Assembly (NCBI GenBank): GCA_910585045.1 | Contig: CAJUCD010000003.1 | Span: 42,779-106,778 of the forward strand | Origin: an uncultured Bacilli bacterium | GTDB lineage: Bacteria > Bacillota_I > Bacilli_A > RF39 > UBA660 | Direction: 5' to 3' | Length of the DNA stretch: 64,000 bases | Part shown: piece by piece, positions 18,605-29,821 of the stretch | Numbering within the stretch: position 1 is the stretch's first letter | Layout of the letters: each line of letters starts with the position of its first letter | The notes under the pieces: generated by a model | What the model saw: only the letters and a program-made list of their open reading frames with translations | Database searches by the model: none | What the model was told of the DNA's origin: nothing | Program-made: the position numbers and the translations under genes

Positions 18605-19291
18605 ATGCTATGATGAATATGTCAAGGGAACTTGCATAAAATAAAAAAGGGAAATATTCAGTTCGCAAAGTTGAATGTCTACCCCAATTTAATGTGTAGA
18701 GACACTTATTCTAGCGAATGAGTGTCACTTTTTTATTACGATAATCATTATGATTAGGAGTAATAAAATGATAGAAAGATGTCTAAGAACCTTTATAACA
18801 AAAATTCTCTTCTTCATTTTTATCAAACCTCCTCTCTTAGTGAGATTTGGTAGACACTCAACAACTGATATTTCCTGTATAAATTATACTAGACAATTAA
18901 GTCTATTACAATAAATTTAACTATATTTTGTTAATTTAATGAATACAATTGTATATTGTCAAAAACAAATATAGTATAACGAAGATTTTATATGAGGTTT
19001 AAAATTAAAAATAGAACTTATTATAATAGTTTGAGATAAATCATTTCAAAGAAATTTTATTTAGATATTATTATTGTGTTGACTTTGGATGTGATTATTT
19101 TTTGTTTATGCTAATTTTTTTAATAAGTATAATAATGTAAAAATACTAATTATAAAAGTTTAGCAATTATAATGGCTAATATCTTTAAAATTGATATAAT
19201 ATAGATATATTAAGATTATGTAGAAATAGAATGTCTGCATGTAATTAATATTTTTTAATTAAATAGATAATATAAGGTTTGGAGGAAAAAT

Positions 19292-19486
19292 ATGTATAAA
19301 AAAATATCAAAAAATGAAAAAATAACTAGGAAGATTAGTGAAGTACACTCCGCAGATAATTATTTGACAAAAGAAACAACAGAAAATGTAAGTTTAGCGA
19401 TTACTAGATTAAACGGGAAATTGGATTCTAGTATGCTAACAAATGAAAGAGTTTATTACTTTATTAATGCTGATGTTGATTTATAA
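19292..19486 (+). CDS. small hypothetical ORF (64 aa) in an AT-rich non-coding gap; an out-of-frame cupin-like peptide follows
   Basis: Good RBS GGAGG, but short and of unknown function. Downstream out-of-frame peptide IHCETGDVLYLDKDTSYSARGYFEAITINVPAFGVIK hints at a decayed gene. Confidence 0.2.
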   Translation: MYKKISKNEKITRKISEVHSADNYLTKETTENVSLAITRLNGKLDSSMLTNERVYYFINADVDL

Positions 19487-20002
19487 TAGATAATGAAAAA
19501 ATTCATTGTGAAACAGGTGATGTATTATATTTAGATAAAGACACTTCATATTCTGCTAGAGGATATTTTGAAGCAATTACTATAAATGTACCTGCATTTG
19601 GCGTTATAAAATAGTATTTATGAAAATTATAATTGCAAAAAAACTATGTAATTATTGAAATTTTTATCAGTTTCTATTTTACATTGTTTAAAAGATTGTA
19701 GAATTTTGAGCATAAAGTTATTTTATATAGAATTATTAAATATCATCAAATTGGTTCATATAGTTATGTTGGTTATAAAAAATGCCACATTATCCAATGA
19801 TTAAATCTTAAATATTTGTGTGGTTAAGATAATATTGTTTGCTAGTGTTGATAATGAATTTAATAAATCATAATAATGTGATTAGAGATAAAAATATTTT
19901 ATATTTCTTTTGTAGTTCAAATTAACTTGAACTTTTTTTAATTTTTTATTTAAATTTGTATTTGTTAATGTTATAATAGTTGACAAAACTTAAGGTGATA
20001 TT

Positions 20003-20668
20003 ATGGAAAAATATTTTTATGCTAATTATATGGATCAAAGAATTATGATTCCAAAGTGCAATGTGGAATTTGAAAATGGATTTGGTAAAGTGGGAGCTTT
20101 CGTTTATCTTTATTCAATAGATGGTGATTTATTAATGATGCCAATATTGGGGGTTGTTGATAAAAACTTTAATGTTGTATTAGATTATAAATTTGCTAGT
20201 TTTTATTCTAATATAAATTTTCTCCCTGGAGGATCAATATTATATGTTATAGATGTAAATGAAGATTTTTATGCACATAATTATAATGTTGCTCTTAGAA
20301 AACCAAATGGGGAAGTAAAGTATTTGGATGCTAGTGATTATAAAATAGTTGATGATGAATTAATTGTGCTTGAATGTGAAGTTGGAGGGCGAAAAAGATA
20401 TTGTTTATCTAATGTAGCTATGGAAGAAACAGCTGATAATCTTTATGATTATATTGATGATTTTGTTTACAAAGAAGAATTTGGATGTGAAGTAGCAGAA
20501 GTAGGAATTTTTGTGGTTGAAGGTTCCGATTCTGTAAATTTTGAAGTATTGACATTTTTTATAAATAAAAATGATGAACAAGTTTCTTCTTATGTGTTTA
20601 ATGGACAAGTTTTTGATAATATGCCTTTAGCAGAAGTAATGGCATTAATTAATAGATGTAGAATTTAG
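20003..20668 (+). CDS. hypothetical protein (221 aa)
   Basis: ORF with RBS AAGGTGA. First gene of a tight four-gene unit of unknown function. Confidence 0.5.
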   Translation: MEKYFYANYMDQRIMIPKCNVEFENGFGKVGAFVYLYSIDGDLLMMPILGVVDKNFNVVLDYKFASFYSNINFLPGGSILYVIDVNEDFYAHNYNVALRKPNGEVKYLDASDYKIVDDELIVLECEVGGRKRYCLSNVAMEETADNLYDYIDDFVYKEEFGCEVAEVGIFVVEGSDSVNFEVLTFFINKNDEQVSSYVFNGQVFDNMPLAEVMALINRCRI

Positions 20669-20703
20669 TATTTTAGAATAATATTTATTAAGTAGGTGGG
20701 TTT

Positions 20704-21663
20704 ATGGAAGTAATAATGAAAACTTTAGATGACTGGGCAAAACTTTTAACTAAAATAGATGAGCTTAGAAAAGATTATGGTTATAGTATTTTTAGCGATG
20801 CTAAGCGTGTTGCTTATGAGTGTAGTAAAGGTAATGCTTGTGTTAGTAAAGGGATTCTTTTAGTTAATTTATTGTATAATAGTGGAATTAGAGATTTTTT
20901 AGTTATTGCTAATTTTATTGATAGTATTAAATGTTTTAGTAATTTTGAAGGTATAGTAAATCAAATTCCTAAATTAGCAGAATTATATGGTGTTAATAAA
21001 TTAGCTTTTATTAACAATTTTGAAAGTGAAAATATTAAAATTGGAACATATGTTAAGGGTTCAAAATACCGAAAAGTATATACGCCTAGATATGCTCAAG
21101 ATATTGTGACATTTTTAGATGTTAATTTAAAAACTAATAGAGATGATGTTATTAAAATAAATAATTTTGATCCTTTTATAGTTGTTGAGGGAGATTTGGA
21201 AAGTTCTCAAGATAGTGAGAAGATTTATTTTACAGGGAATTTTAATTTTAGATGTGCAACACTCCCTTTAAAAGAGGAAATGAATATTGCTAGTTTAGAA
21301 GATGAGAGAGAGTTTATTTTTGAAAATCTGGTAAGTTATTTACAATATTTACAAATACCTGTAAAATTAGAGATAAGAAATCCTAATCAAGAATATATGA
21401 ATGAAAATAGTTTTACTATTAGAAGTGATGGTAATTTATTTAGTTCAAAAGGGGATTTGTTACTAACTTCAGATATTCTAGAAAATGGTAAGGCGGTTTT
21501 AGTAAAAAATGCTAGTTTTGTATTGTTAGCAGATATTAAAGATGGTGATATCTCTTCAGTTTATTTGATAGTAGATCAGGAATTTTATAATAATATTAAA
21601 AATTCTAATATTAGAGAAATGTTAAAAGCTTTGGTAGCTTTAGAAGATAAAGGTAGAAGATAA
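20704..21663 (+). CDS. hypothetical protein (319 aa)
   Basis: ORF with RBS AGGTGGG. Confidence 0.5.
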   Translation: MEVIMKTLDDWAKLLTKIDELRKDYGYSIFSDAKRVAYECSKGNACVSKGILLVNLLYNSGIRDFLVIANFIDSIKCFSNFEGIVNQIPKLAELYGVNKLAFINNFESENIKIGTYVKGSKYRKVYTPRYAQDIVTFLDVNLKTNRDDVIKINNFDPFIVVEGDLESSQDSEKIYFTGNFNFRCATLPLKEEMNIASLEDEREFIFENLVSYLQYLQIPVKLEIRNPNQEYMNENSFTIRSDGNLFSSKGDLLLTSDILENGKAVLVKNASFVLLADIKDGDISSVYLIVDQEFYNNIKNSNIREMLKALVALEDKGRR

Positions 21664-21730
21664 GCAAGTGTGATTCTTGCTTTTTTTAGTGTTTTGATAT
21701 ATAATATGCTACTAAAGCAAGGGGTTTTTA

Positions 21731-22347
21731 TGAGTTTTAATGATTTTAAGAATGGTTTAAAAGATTATTTGAATCAAAAATATGAATTGTTAGGCAATGA
21801 AGCAAGAATTTTAGAAGCAAAAATTGTTGATGTGTTATTGTTGCCAGTTAATTCTATTAGATACCAAGATAGTTTGAATTGTCTTAATAGTGATTATAAA
21901 TTAAATGCAAGAGATGATAGTGAGATTTTAAATAGCTTTAGAAACTTAATTAGAGCTACTTTAGAAGAAAGAGAAAAACTAATTTCAATTAGACATAGTT
22001 TAGACTTTGATTTTAGGATTGGTATTTCTGATATTCCTTTATTCTTGAAGGAAATGATTGTAGCTTTTAAAGGCGAAGAAATAAATATTGCAAAAATTTT
22101 TAAAATGTTATTATTTAATAAAAGCGATAATTCTTTGTTTCCTTTAATTGAGGAAGAGATGCGTGAAAGATATCGAAATGGTGATTTTGAAAATTTTAAA
22201 GAATTAGCTTTAAGCTATTTAGCTACATATTTTGGTGTTTTAAGTGATAAAGATTTAGAGATTTTTCAAAGAATAATAGAGATTTTATGGGGGTTAGAGG
22301 AGAGAATATCTTCTAAAAATGGTGATAATAATGAATTCTTTAGATAG
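21731..22347 (+). CDS. hypothetical protein (about 205 aa)
   Basis: Start taken at the ATG at 21731 (MSFNDFKNG) after AAGGGG; the track's GTG at 21670 is unlikely to be real. Confidence 0.45.
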
Positions 22348-23011
22348 TATTAAAAGACATGTAAAACTAATGGTATTTTTGCAAAAATATGGTGAAGGAT
22401 ATGGCGAGGAATTTGCTTCAATTATAAAAAGTGAATATAAATATTATTTAAGAAATTTGAGATTTGCCAGTGTTTATTTCTATCAGATTTTTAGTTATTT
22501 AGATTTTTTTAAAGATAATAAGGATGTTTATCGAGCTTTATTAGGTAAACTTCAAGATTACTTTTCTTTAGAAAGTAAAATATTAGAAATTGGATGTGGA
22601 AGTATTCCAGCTTTTGCAAGACTTATAGATGAGGAACAACAAAGTTTAGGTAGTGGCACTATTACAGCTTGTGATGATGCATTAATTACAGATAGTTTAG
22701 GAAATATAGAGCTATATAAAAAGAAGTTAACAGATGAAGATGTTAGTAGATTTGATTTGTTAGTGTCAACTTTTTCTTGTAATGCAACAGATAAGGTTTT
22801 AGCAGTCGCAAGAGAAAATAAATTACCTTATTTTATGCATCTTTGTTCTTGTAATCATGGATTTTCTAGTATGACAGATTGGCATAATAATATTTATCAT
22901 CAAGCAAAAATGGATCTTGATCCTGGAGCGGTTTTAGATTTAGATTCTGTTAACTTAGCTGGAAAAAGTTTTGATTATCCAATTTTAATTAAAACTTATA
23001 GGGGTAGGTAA
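22331..23011 (+). CDS. hypothetical protein, possibly a Rossmann/SAM-MTase-like fold (LEIGCGSIPAFA)
   Basis: ILEIGCGSIP resembles methyltransferase motif I. Weak. Confidence 0.4.
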   Translation: MNSLDSIKRHVKLMVFLQKYGEGYGEEFASIIKSEYKYYLRNLRFASVYFYQIFSYLDFFKDNKDVYRALLGKLQDYFSLESKILEIGCGSIPAFARLIDEEQQSLGSGTITACDDALITDSLGNIELYKKKLTDEDVSRFDLLVSTFSCNATDKVLAVARENKLPYFMHLCSCNHGFSSMTDWHNNIYHQAKMDLDPGAVLDLDSVNLAGKSFDYPILIKTYRGR

Positions 23012-23137
23012 TTAAAAGTTGTTGATTTTTAGTAATTTATATAATATAATGTTAATGAAGTTTATATCTCAGTTTAAATTTGCTCCTGAAATTTTTACTT
23101 AGATTAAACCGATTATAAATTAAGAGGAGGATTAAAC

Positions 23138-23407
23138 ATGGCTGTTACAAAAGAGATGCGTGCTAAATTAGTTAAAGAATTTGGTAAGAATGATAAAGAT
23201 TGTGGTTCTACAGAAGTACAAATTGCTATTCTTACAGCAGAAATTAATGATTTAACAGAGCATTTAAAAGTACATAAACATGACTTTCATTCTAATCGTG
23301 GACTTTTAATGAAAGTTGGTAAAAGAAGAAAATTACTAGCTTATTTAAAGGAAAATGATGTTGTTAGTTATAGAAATGTAATTAGTAAATTGAATTTAAG
23401 AAAATAA
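23138..23407 (+). CDS. rpsO: 30S ribosomal protein S15
   Basis: 89 aa; ...[29 protein letters not shown]... is characteristic of S15. Confidence 0.95.
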   Translation: MAVTKEMRAKLVKEFGKNDKDCGSTEVQIAILTAEINDLTEHLKVHKHDFHSNRGLLMKVGKRRKLLAYLKENDVVSYRNVISKLNLRK

Positions 23408-23434
23408 GGCACTAAGATTTTTAGTGTCTTTTTT
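23408..23434 (+). terminator. rho-independent terminator/attenuator between rpsO and pnp
   Basis: GGCACTAA-gattt-TTAGTGTC followed by TTTTTT. Confidence 0.5.
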
Positions 23435-23452
23435 AAATAGAAGGGACAATAT

Positions 23453-25624
23453 ATGAAGAAAGTTTTTAAGTTAGATTTTTTAGGAAGAGACTTAGTTGTA
23501 GAAACAGGTGAACTTGCTAAACAGACAGATGGTGCAGTTTTAGTTCGTTATGGAGATACTGTTGTATTATCTGTTTGTGTAATGGGTAAAGAAGTAGTTG
23601 GTCAAGATTTTTTCCCTTTACAAGTTTTATATCAAGAAAAATTATATTCGGTTGGTAAGATTCCAGGAGGATTTATTAAAAGAGAGGGTAGACCTAGTGA
23701 TGCTGCTACTTTAGCTGCTAGATTAATAGATAGACCTATTAGACCAATGTTTGATGAGGCTTTACGTCAAGAAATACAAGTGGTTAACACTGTATTGTCA
23801 GTTGATCCAGATAATTCTCCAGAAATGGCTGCTTTATTCGGAACAAGTCTTTGTCTTGGCATTTCTAAAATTCCTTTTGATGGGCCTGTATCAGGGGTTA
23901 TAGTAGGTAAGGTTGGTAAGGAATTAGTTATTAATCCAACAGCAGAACAAGTTGATGCTAGTAATTTATCACTTACAGTAGCAGGAACAGAAGATGCTAT
24001 TTGTATGGTAGAAGCTGGAGCTCAAGAGTTAAGTGAAAAAGATATGTTAGAAGCATTAATGTTTGGACATGAACAAATAAAGAAATTATGTCAATTTCAA
24101 AAGGATATTATTGCTGAAATAGGAGAAGAAAAAGTAGAATTGCCTAAAGCAGAATTTGATCCAGAAATTAAAAAAGCTGTTGAAGATTTTGCCACTAAAG
24201 ATATGCTTGCAGCTATTCAAATTAAAGATAAATTAGAGAAGTATGCAGCAATTGATGAGGTTAAATTAAGAACAGTAGAGAATTTTACAGAAATTTATGC
24301 TGAAGATGAAAATGCTGCTGATAAGATTAAACAAGTAGAAAAAATAGTTAATCTAATTGAAGCTGAAGAAGTTCGTAAATTGATAACTGATAAAAAAGTT
24401 AGACCAGATGGAAGAGCGATGGATGAAATACGACCTTTATCTTGCGAAATAGATTTACTTCCAAGAACTCATGGTTCAGCAGTATTTACAAGAGGCGAAA
24501 CACAATCTCTTGCTACAACAACATTGGGTGCTATTGGAGAACATCAAATTTTAGATGGCTTAGGATTAGAAGATACTAAAAGATTTATGTTACATTATAA
24601 CTTCCCTGCTTTTTCAGTTGGAGAAACTGGAAGATATGGTGCTCCAGGAAGAAGAGAAATTGGTCATGGCGCTTTAGGAGAAAGAGCTCTTGCTCAGGTT
24701 ATTCCGAGTGAAGAAGAATTTCCTTATACTATTCGTGTAGTAAGTGAAATATTAGAATCTAATGGAAGTAGTAGTCAAGCTACTATATGTGCAGGATGTC
24801 TTAGTTTAATGGCGGCAGGTGTTCCTATTAAAGCTCCTGTTGCAGGTATTGCTATGGGCTTAATTCAAAATGGTAAAAAATATACTATATTAACAGATAT
24901 TCAAGGTTTAGAAGACCACATGGGAGATATGGACTTTAAAGTTGCTGGAACTAGAAAAGGTATTTGTGCTTTACAAATGGATATTAAAATTAAAGGTGTG
25001 ACAGAAGAAATACTAAAAGAAGCTTTAGCTCAAGCTAAGAAAGCTCGTATGGAAATACTTGATGTAATGGAAAATTGTATTTCAGAACCACGTAAGAGTT
25101 TATCTAAATATGCCCCAAAAATTGATACATTTATGATTAATCCTGAAAAAATTAAAGATGTTATTGGTCGTGGTGGAGAAATGATTACAAAAATTATTTT
25201 AGAAGCTAGTAATGTTAAAACTGTTAATGATAAAGATGCAGTTAAAGTAGATTTAGAAGATGATGGAAGAGTCATAATTTATCATACTGATGCTAGTATT
25301 ATTGCTAAAACAAGGAAAATGATTGAAGAAGTAATTAGAGAAGTAGAAGTAAATGCTATTTATACTGGTAAAGTTGTTAAAGTTGAAGATTTTGGCTGTT
25401 TTGTGGAATTATGGCCAGGATGTGAAGGTTTAGTTCATGTATCAGAACTTGATTATAAAAGGGTAGAAAAAACTAAAGATTTAGTAAGTGTTGGCGATAA
25501 AATTATGGTTAAAGCAATGGGCTATGATAATCGTGGGCGTCTAAATCTTTCTCGTAAACAAGCTCTACCAAAGCCAGAAATAAAAGAAGATAAAAAAAAG
25601 TCTAATAAAAAAGTAGATGAATAA
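23453..25624 (+). CDS. pnp: polynucleotide phosphorylase (PNPase)
   Basis: Two RNase PH domains, then KH and S1 domains ([15 protein letters not shown]...GLVHVSEL). Canonical rpsO-pnp arrangement. Confidence 0.95.
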   Translation: MKKVFKLDFLGRDLVVETGELAKQTDGAVLVRYGDTVVLSVCVMGKEVVGQDFFPLQVLYQEKLYSVGKIPGGFIKREGRPSDAATLAARLIDRPIRPMFDEALRQEIQVVNTVLSVDPDNSPEMAALFGTSLCLGISKIPFDGPVSGVIVGKVGKELVINPTAEQVDASNLSLTVAGTEDAICMVEAGAQELSEKDMLEALMFGHEQIKKLCQFQKDIIAEIGEEKVELPKAEFDPEIKKAVEDFATKDMLAAIQIKDKLEKYAAIDEVKLRTVENFTEIYAEDENAADKIKQVEKIVNLIEAEEVRKLITDKKVRPDGRAMDEIRPLSCEIDLLPRTHGSAVFTRGETQSLATTTLGAIGEHQILDGLGLEDTKRFMLHYNFPAFSVGETGRYGAPGRREIGHGALGERALAQVIPSEEEFPYTIRVVSEILESNGSSSQATICAGCLSLMAAGVPIKAPVAGIAMGLIQNGKKYTILTDIQGLEDHMGDMDFKVAGTRKGICALQMDIKIKGVTEEILKEALAQAKKARMEILDVMENCISEPRKSLSKYAPKIDTFMINPEKIKDVIGRGGEMITKIILEASNVKTVNDKDAVKVDLEDDGRVIIYHTDASIIAKTRKMIEEVIREVEVNAIYTGKVVKVEDFGCFVELWPGCEGLVHVSELDYKRVEKTKDLVSVGDKIMVKAMGYDNRGRLNLSRKQALPKPEIKEDKKKSNKKVDE

Positions 25625-25710
25625 GAAAAGGTATTTTAAAAAGAATCTTTTCTTTTTTTATTTTTAATAATAATATTTTAAGTATTTTAAAAGAAGAATT
25701 TTAGTTCTTC

Positions 25711-26898
25711 TTATTTGTTAGAGTTTTTTGCTCTCTTTAATGCATTTTGATAAACTTTTAAAACATTTTTAGCAAAAACCTCTTTAGAATACTTATATAT
25801 ACTTTTCATAGCATTATTAGATATTTCTTTATATAATTTTTGATCTTTTATAATTTTATTTACTAAATCTTGAAATTCAGATTCTGTCTTAAATAAATAG
25901 CCATTATAACCATATGTAACCATAGATTTAAAACTATCATCTTCTATACATATTATAGGAAGTGAAGCTGATAGTCCTTCAATAATTGTTAATCCTTGAG
26001 TTTCCGTAGTTGAAAATGAAGTCATTATATTAAATAAATTATAATAATATGGAATTAAATTATATAATACTTTACCTGTAAAAATAATATTTTTTGAAAT
26101 ACCTAATTCTTTACTTAACTTTTTTAAATTTTCTAATTCAGGACCATCGCCAATAATAATTAATTTGATATTTTTATTATCATTAATTAGTTTTTTACTT
26201 GCTTTAATTAGTTTATCAAAACTTTTTTCTTTAGCAATGCGACCTACGGCTCCAATTATAAAGTCATTAGTTGATATATTATATTGTTTTTTTAATTTAT
26301 TTACTTCATTTTGAATTTCTTTGGTTAAGGCAAATTTTTTTGTATCAATTCCAGTTGGAATAACATTAATTTTTTTAGTGATAGCATATTTATTTTGAAA
26401 TATGTCTTTAATTTTGGTGGTTGGAACAATTAATTCGTCACAGTTTTTATTAAAGTAACGTTTATTAATTTTAATTAAAGTTTTTTTGACAATGCTAGTA
26501 AAATGACCTTTAAAGACGTAGTGAGCATAATCTTCATATAAAGTATGATATGTATGAATAACAGGGATGTTTAGTTTTTTAGCAATTTTATGTGAGAAAG
26601 TTCCCATTGTAAGTTCAGTTTGAGTGTGAATTATATCAAGGTTCCAACTCTTTATAATCTTAAAAGCTTTTTTAGAAAAAGTATTAGTTAATCGAATAAA
26701 AAGTATTCCCGTTTTTATGCCTGGTATGTATATTATTTTATTTTCTTTATCATATTTAAATTTAAATTCTGCTAAGTTTGTAGTAACAATATAGACAGTA
26801 TGACCTTCATTTTCCAAAGCGGTTTTTAGCATGTTTATACTTGTAGTTACACCACTGATATGGGGTTCATATGCATCTGTAAAAATTCCTATTTTCAT
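25711..26898 (-). CDS. glycosyltransferase, GT4 (GT-B) family
   Basis: N-terminus MKIGIFTDAYEPHISGV and C-terminal EGLSASLPIICIED, matching the E-x7-E region of GT4 enzymes. Confidence 0.7.
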   Translation of the reverse strand: MKIGIFTDAYEPHISGVTTSINMLKTALENEGHTVYIVTTNLAEFKFKYDKENKIIYIPGIKTGILFIRLTNTFSKKAFKIIKSWNLDIIHTQTELTMGTFSHKIAKKLNIPVIHTYHTLYEDYAHYVFKGHFTSIVKKTLIKINKRYFNKNCDELIVPTTKIKDIFQNKYAITKKINVIPTGIDTKKFALTKEIQNEVNKLKKQYNISTNDFIIGAVGRIAKEKSFDKLIKASKKLINDNKNIKLIIIGDGPELENLKKLSKELGISKNIIFTGKVLYNLIPYYYNLFNIMTSFSTTETQGLTIIEGLSASLPIICIEDDSFKSMVTYGYNGYLFKTESEFQDLVNKIIKDQKLYKEISNNAMKSIYKYSKEVFAKNVLKVYQNALKRAKNSNK

Positions 26899-26988
26899 AT
26901 TTTACCTCTTAGTTTTATTATACATTATATTTTCAAATATTAAAACTTTTTTTGAATTAAATGATATAATATTATTGAGGCGATTATT

Positions 26989-27717
26989 ATGATTGGTATA
27001 TTTGATTCTGGAATAGGCGGAGTAACAGTATTTAAAGAAATATTAAAAAGTTTACCTAACTATCAATATTTGTATTATAGTGATTCTATTAATAATCCAT
27101 ATGGCGACAAAAATAATGAAGAATTAATTAGCATTACAAGAGAAATAGTTAAGTATTTAATTAAACGTGGAGCAAAAATAATAGTTATTGCTTGTAATAC
27201 TGCTAGTGCAATATGCAAAGATGACTTAAGAATAGAGTTTGATATACCAATTATTGCAATAGAACCAGCGATAAAATTAGCTTATGATTTGTCATATGAT
27301 AAGAAAACTTTAGTGCTTGCAACAAAAGGAACTTTGGAATCAAATAAGTTTAGAGAATTATATCAGAAATATAATAATTATAATATGACTATTTATGAAT
27401 GTGTAGGGTTAGCAGATTTAATAGAGAAAAATGAAGAAGATAAAATTAATGAATATTTAATTAATAATATAAAAAAATTTAGGGGAGTAAATAATGTTGT
27501 TTTAGGTTGTACACATTATCCTATTATAAAAGATAAAATAAAAAGTGCTTTAGGTCAAGTTGATTTTTATGATGGTAGTTTAGGGGTAGTTAAACAGCTG
27601 AAAAAAGTTATTATAGCAAATAACTTGGAAGAAACTAAACTAGATATTAAGTTTATAGATAGTAGTAATAGTAAAATAAAAGAAGATAGATTTTATGAAA
27701 TATTAAAAGAGGATTAA
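26989..27717 (+). CDS. murI: glutamate racemase
   Basis: IGIFDSGIGGVTV, the IACNTAS catalytic Cys block, and GCTHYP. Confidence 0.85.
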   Translation: MIGIFDSGIGGVTVFKEILKSLPNYQYLYYSDSINNPYGDKNNEELISITREIVKYLIKRGAKIIVIACNTASAICKDDLRIEFDIPIIAIEPAIKLAYDLSYDKKTLVLATKGTLESNKFRELYQKYNNYNMTIYECVGLADLIEKNEEDKINEYLINNIKKFRGVNNVVLGCTHYPIIKDKIKSALGQVDFYDGSLGVVKQLKKVIIANNLEETKLDIKFIDSSNSKIKEDRFYEILKED

Positions 27718-27724
27718 TTAAGGA

Positions 27725-28183
27725 TTAATTAGAAATTAATTCTTTTAATTTGACTTTTTCGTCTATTCTTCCCATGATATAATCAGCAGAAATATTAAAT
27801 TCTTTAGCATAAGCTTTTAAAAAAGAAGTTAAAATTAGTGTTTGACCATTTTCATAGCGAGATATAACACCATTGTCTGTGTTTAGGATTTTAGCAATTT
27901 TATCTTGGGTATATTTATTAGTTTTACGAATACTTTTTAACCTTTCACGATGAGTATTATAATCTATTTCTTTTTGGATATTTTGGTAAGTTTTTTCATT
28001 AGTAAGACCTAATGCATAATCTAGCGATATATTAAAATGATTGCAAAAGTCAATAAGTCTATTTAAAGGAATTATATTAATTTCTGCTTCCCAAACGGAA
28101 TAAGTACTACGGGTTACTCCCAGTATACTTGCAATATCATTTTGAGAAAGTTCATATTCTTCTCTTATGTACTTTAAATTCAT
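27725..28183 (-). CDS. transcriptional regulator with two tandem XRE-type HTH domains (paralog of 13831..14283)
   Basis: LSQNDIASILGVTRSTYSVWE... and YTQDKIAKILNTDNGVISRYENG.... Divergent from the gene at 28456. Confidence 0.75.
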   Translation of the reverse strand: MNLKYIREEYELSQNDIASILGVTRSTYSVWEAEINIIPLNRLIDFCNHFNISLDYALGLTNEKTYQNIQKEIDYNTHRERLKSIRKTNKYTQDKIAKILNTDNGVISRYENGQTLILTSFLKAYAKEFNISADYIMGRIDEKVKLKELISN

Positions 28184-28455
28184 TTTTTTCGCTCCAAACT
28201 CTTAATAATTAAATTGTATCGAAAAAAGCATATAACAAAATATTTAGCTGCAATATAACATAAAAATATTGAATTTCACTCAATAATATTGTATACTAGA
28301 AATATATCATAGAAAGTGGCAATTAATTTTTTTGTTAGCTATATTTGAGCTTATTTGTGTAAATGATGATTGTTGACAAGTTTTGATAAGTTTTGTCGAA
28401 GCTAATGAAAGTTAAGAAAATAGTAATTATAATAATTGTGAAAGGGTAGGATATT

Positions 28456-29739
28456 ATGAAATTTGAGGTTATAGAAAAAAGTAAAAAGAAGAGATGGATA
28501 ATAGGAAGTATAGCTGTAATAGGGTTAATATCAATAGGAATATATGCGGGTAGTTATGCTAAGTATCAGAATATAGAAGATATAAAACTAGTAGAAGGAA
28601 ATATAAATTATAAACCATATGATTTTAAAATGATGGCAATGTATAAGAGTGATGATGGAACAAATTATACAGAGATAGATAAAACTCCCAGATCTAATTA
28701 TAAAATTAATGAAGAAAAAAGTTACTGTACTCTAAATAATGTAGATAAAGATAATTCAGCAAGAATTTATACAGATAGATTTGGTCATCATGTATTTAAT
28801 AACCTTTCTAAGAATAGTAAGTGTTATATTTGGTTTGATAAAAATACGGAAGTAGTAAATACAGTATTAGGGAATATCGAAGTAAATAACTATATCCCAG
28901 ACTTTAGTGAGGCTGCTACAACAGATGAAGGAATCCAACAAGTGAGTGATGGAATGTATGGAGGGACATCATATTATTGGCGAGGAGCAGCCACAACAAA
29001 CTACTTAAAATTTGGTGGATATTGTTGGCGCATCATCAGAATCAATGGAGATGGAACTATAAGATTAATTTATGATGGAACAACTTGTCATGCAAATGGC
29101 GAAGAAACGACAGATAGTATAGCAGTAGAAAATGTAGTATATAATTCAAGCTATAACAAGAGCGAATATGTAGGCTGGACATACACAGAAGGCTTACAAA
29201 GACCAGTAAATAATAATGAAGGCACATCATCAAATGCGAAAACAAAATTAGAAGAATGGTATAATACAAATTTAAAGAGTCAAGAATCAAAAATAGCAGA
29301 TGGAAAATACTGTAATGATCGAAATGTAGAAAGTGGACAAAGTTGGTCAAGTACACCAAGCAGTATGTTTCTCTATACAGGATATAAGAGAATATATACA
29401 GATTATGCACCAACACTAAATTGTGGGTCATTAGATACATACACATTAAAAGTAGGACTCATAACAGCAGATGAAGTAGAATTTGCAGGCGGCAAAAACG
29501 CAGATAACAAGCAATATTACCTATATAACGGTCAGCATTACTGGACAATGTCTCCGTACTGGAGCCAAAGTGATGGTGAAATTGTTATGTTCGCTGTGCG
29601 TGGCGACAATAGCGGCTGGTTGGGCCACGGTTATGTTAAATGGACTGATCTTGATATACGTCCAGTAATAAATTTACGTTCAGATATTACAATATCAAGC
29701 GGAAATGGCACTTTAGAAAATCCTTATATTGTGGCTTAA
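28456..29739 (+). CDS. secreted protein carrying the conserved unknown module (paralog of the C-terminal 400 aa of 14523..16328)
   Basis: N-terminal TM/signal ...IGIYAGSYAKYQN. Shared blocks NTVLGNIEVN, YYWRGAATTNYLKFGGYCWRIIRINGDGTIRLIYDG, RPVINLRSDITISSGNGTLENPYIVA. Confidence 0.7.
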   Translation: MKFEVIEKSKKKRWIIGSIAVIGLISIGIYAGSYAKYQNIEDIKLVEGNINYKPYDFKMMAMYKSDDGTNYTEIDKTPRSNYKINEEKSYCTLNNVDKDNSARIYTDRFGHHVFNNLSKNSKCYIWFDKNTEVVNTVLGNIEVNNYIPDFSEAATTDEGIQQVSDGMYGGTSYYWRGAATTNYLKFGGYCWRIIRINGDGTIRLIYDGTTCHANGEETTDSIAVENVVYNSSYNKSEYVGWTYTEGLQRPVNNNEGTSSNAKTKLEEWYNTNLKSQESKIADGKYCNDRNVESGQSWSSTPSSMFLYTGYKRIYTDYAPTLNCGSLDTYTLKVGLITADEVEFAGGKNADNKQYYLYNGQHYWTMSPYWSQSDGEIVMFAVRGDNSGWLGHGYVKWTDLDIRPVINLRSDITISSGNGTLENPYIVA

Positions 29740-29821
29740 AAAATAAATTAGTAACTTGTGTAAAGTTGCTTTTTTTAATGATTTCTTTTTGGTATAATTT
29801 TATTAGTTAGGTGGTAGTAAG

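Noticed and set aside
18612-18760. Possible small structured ncRNA between the tRNA-Thr terminator and the AT-rich gap (hairpins GTCTAC...GTAGA and GACACT...AGTGTC + T-run)
   Set aside because: Only generic hairpins; no recognisable Rfam-like core (not tmRNA, 6S, SRP or riboswitch by eye). Cannot be supported without covariance or expression data.
21670-21730. GTG start at 21670 for the third gene of the unknown operon
   Set aside because: No RBS, and the extension is hydrophobic nonsense overlapping the previous gene's end. The ATG at 21731 follows AAGGGG.
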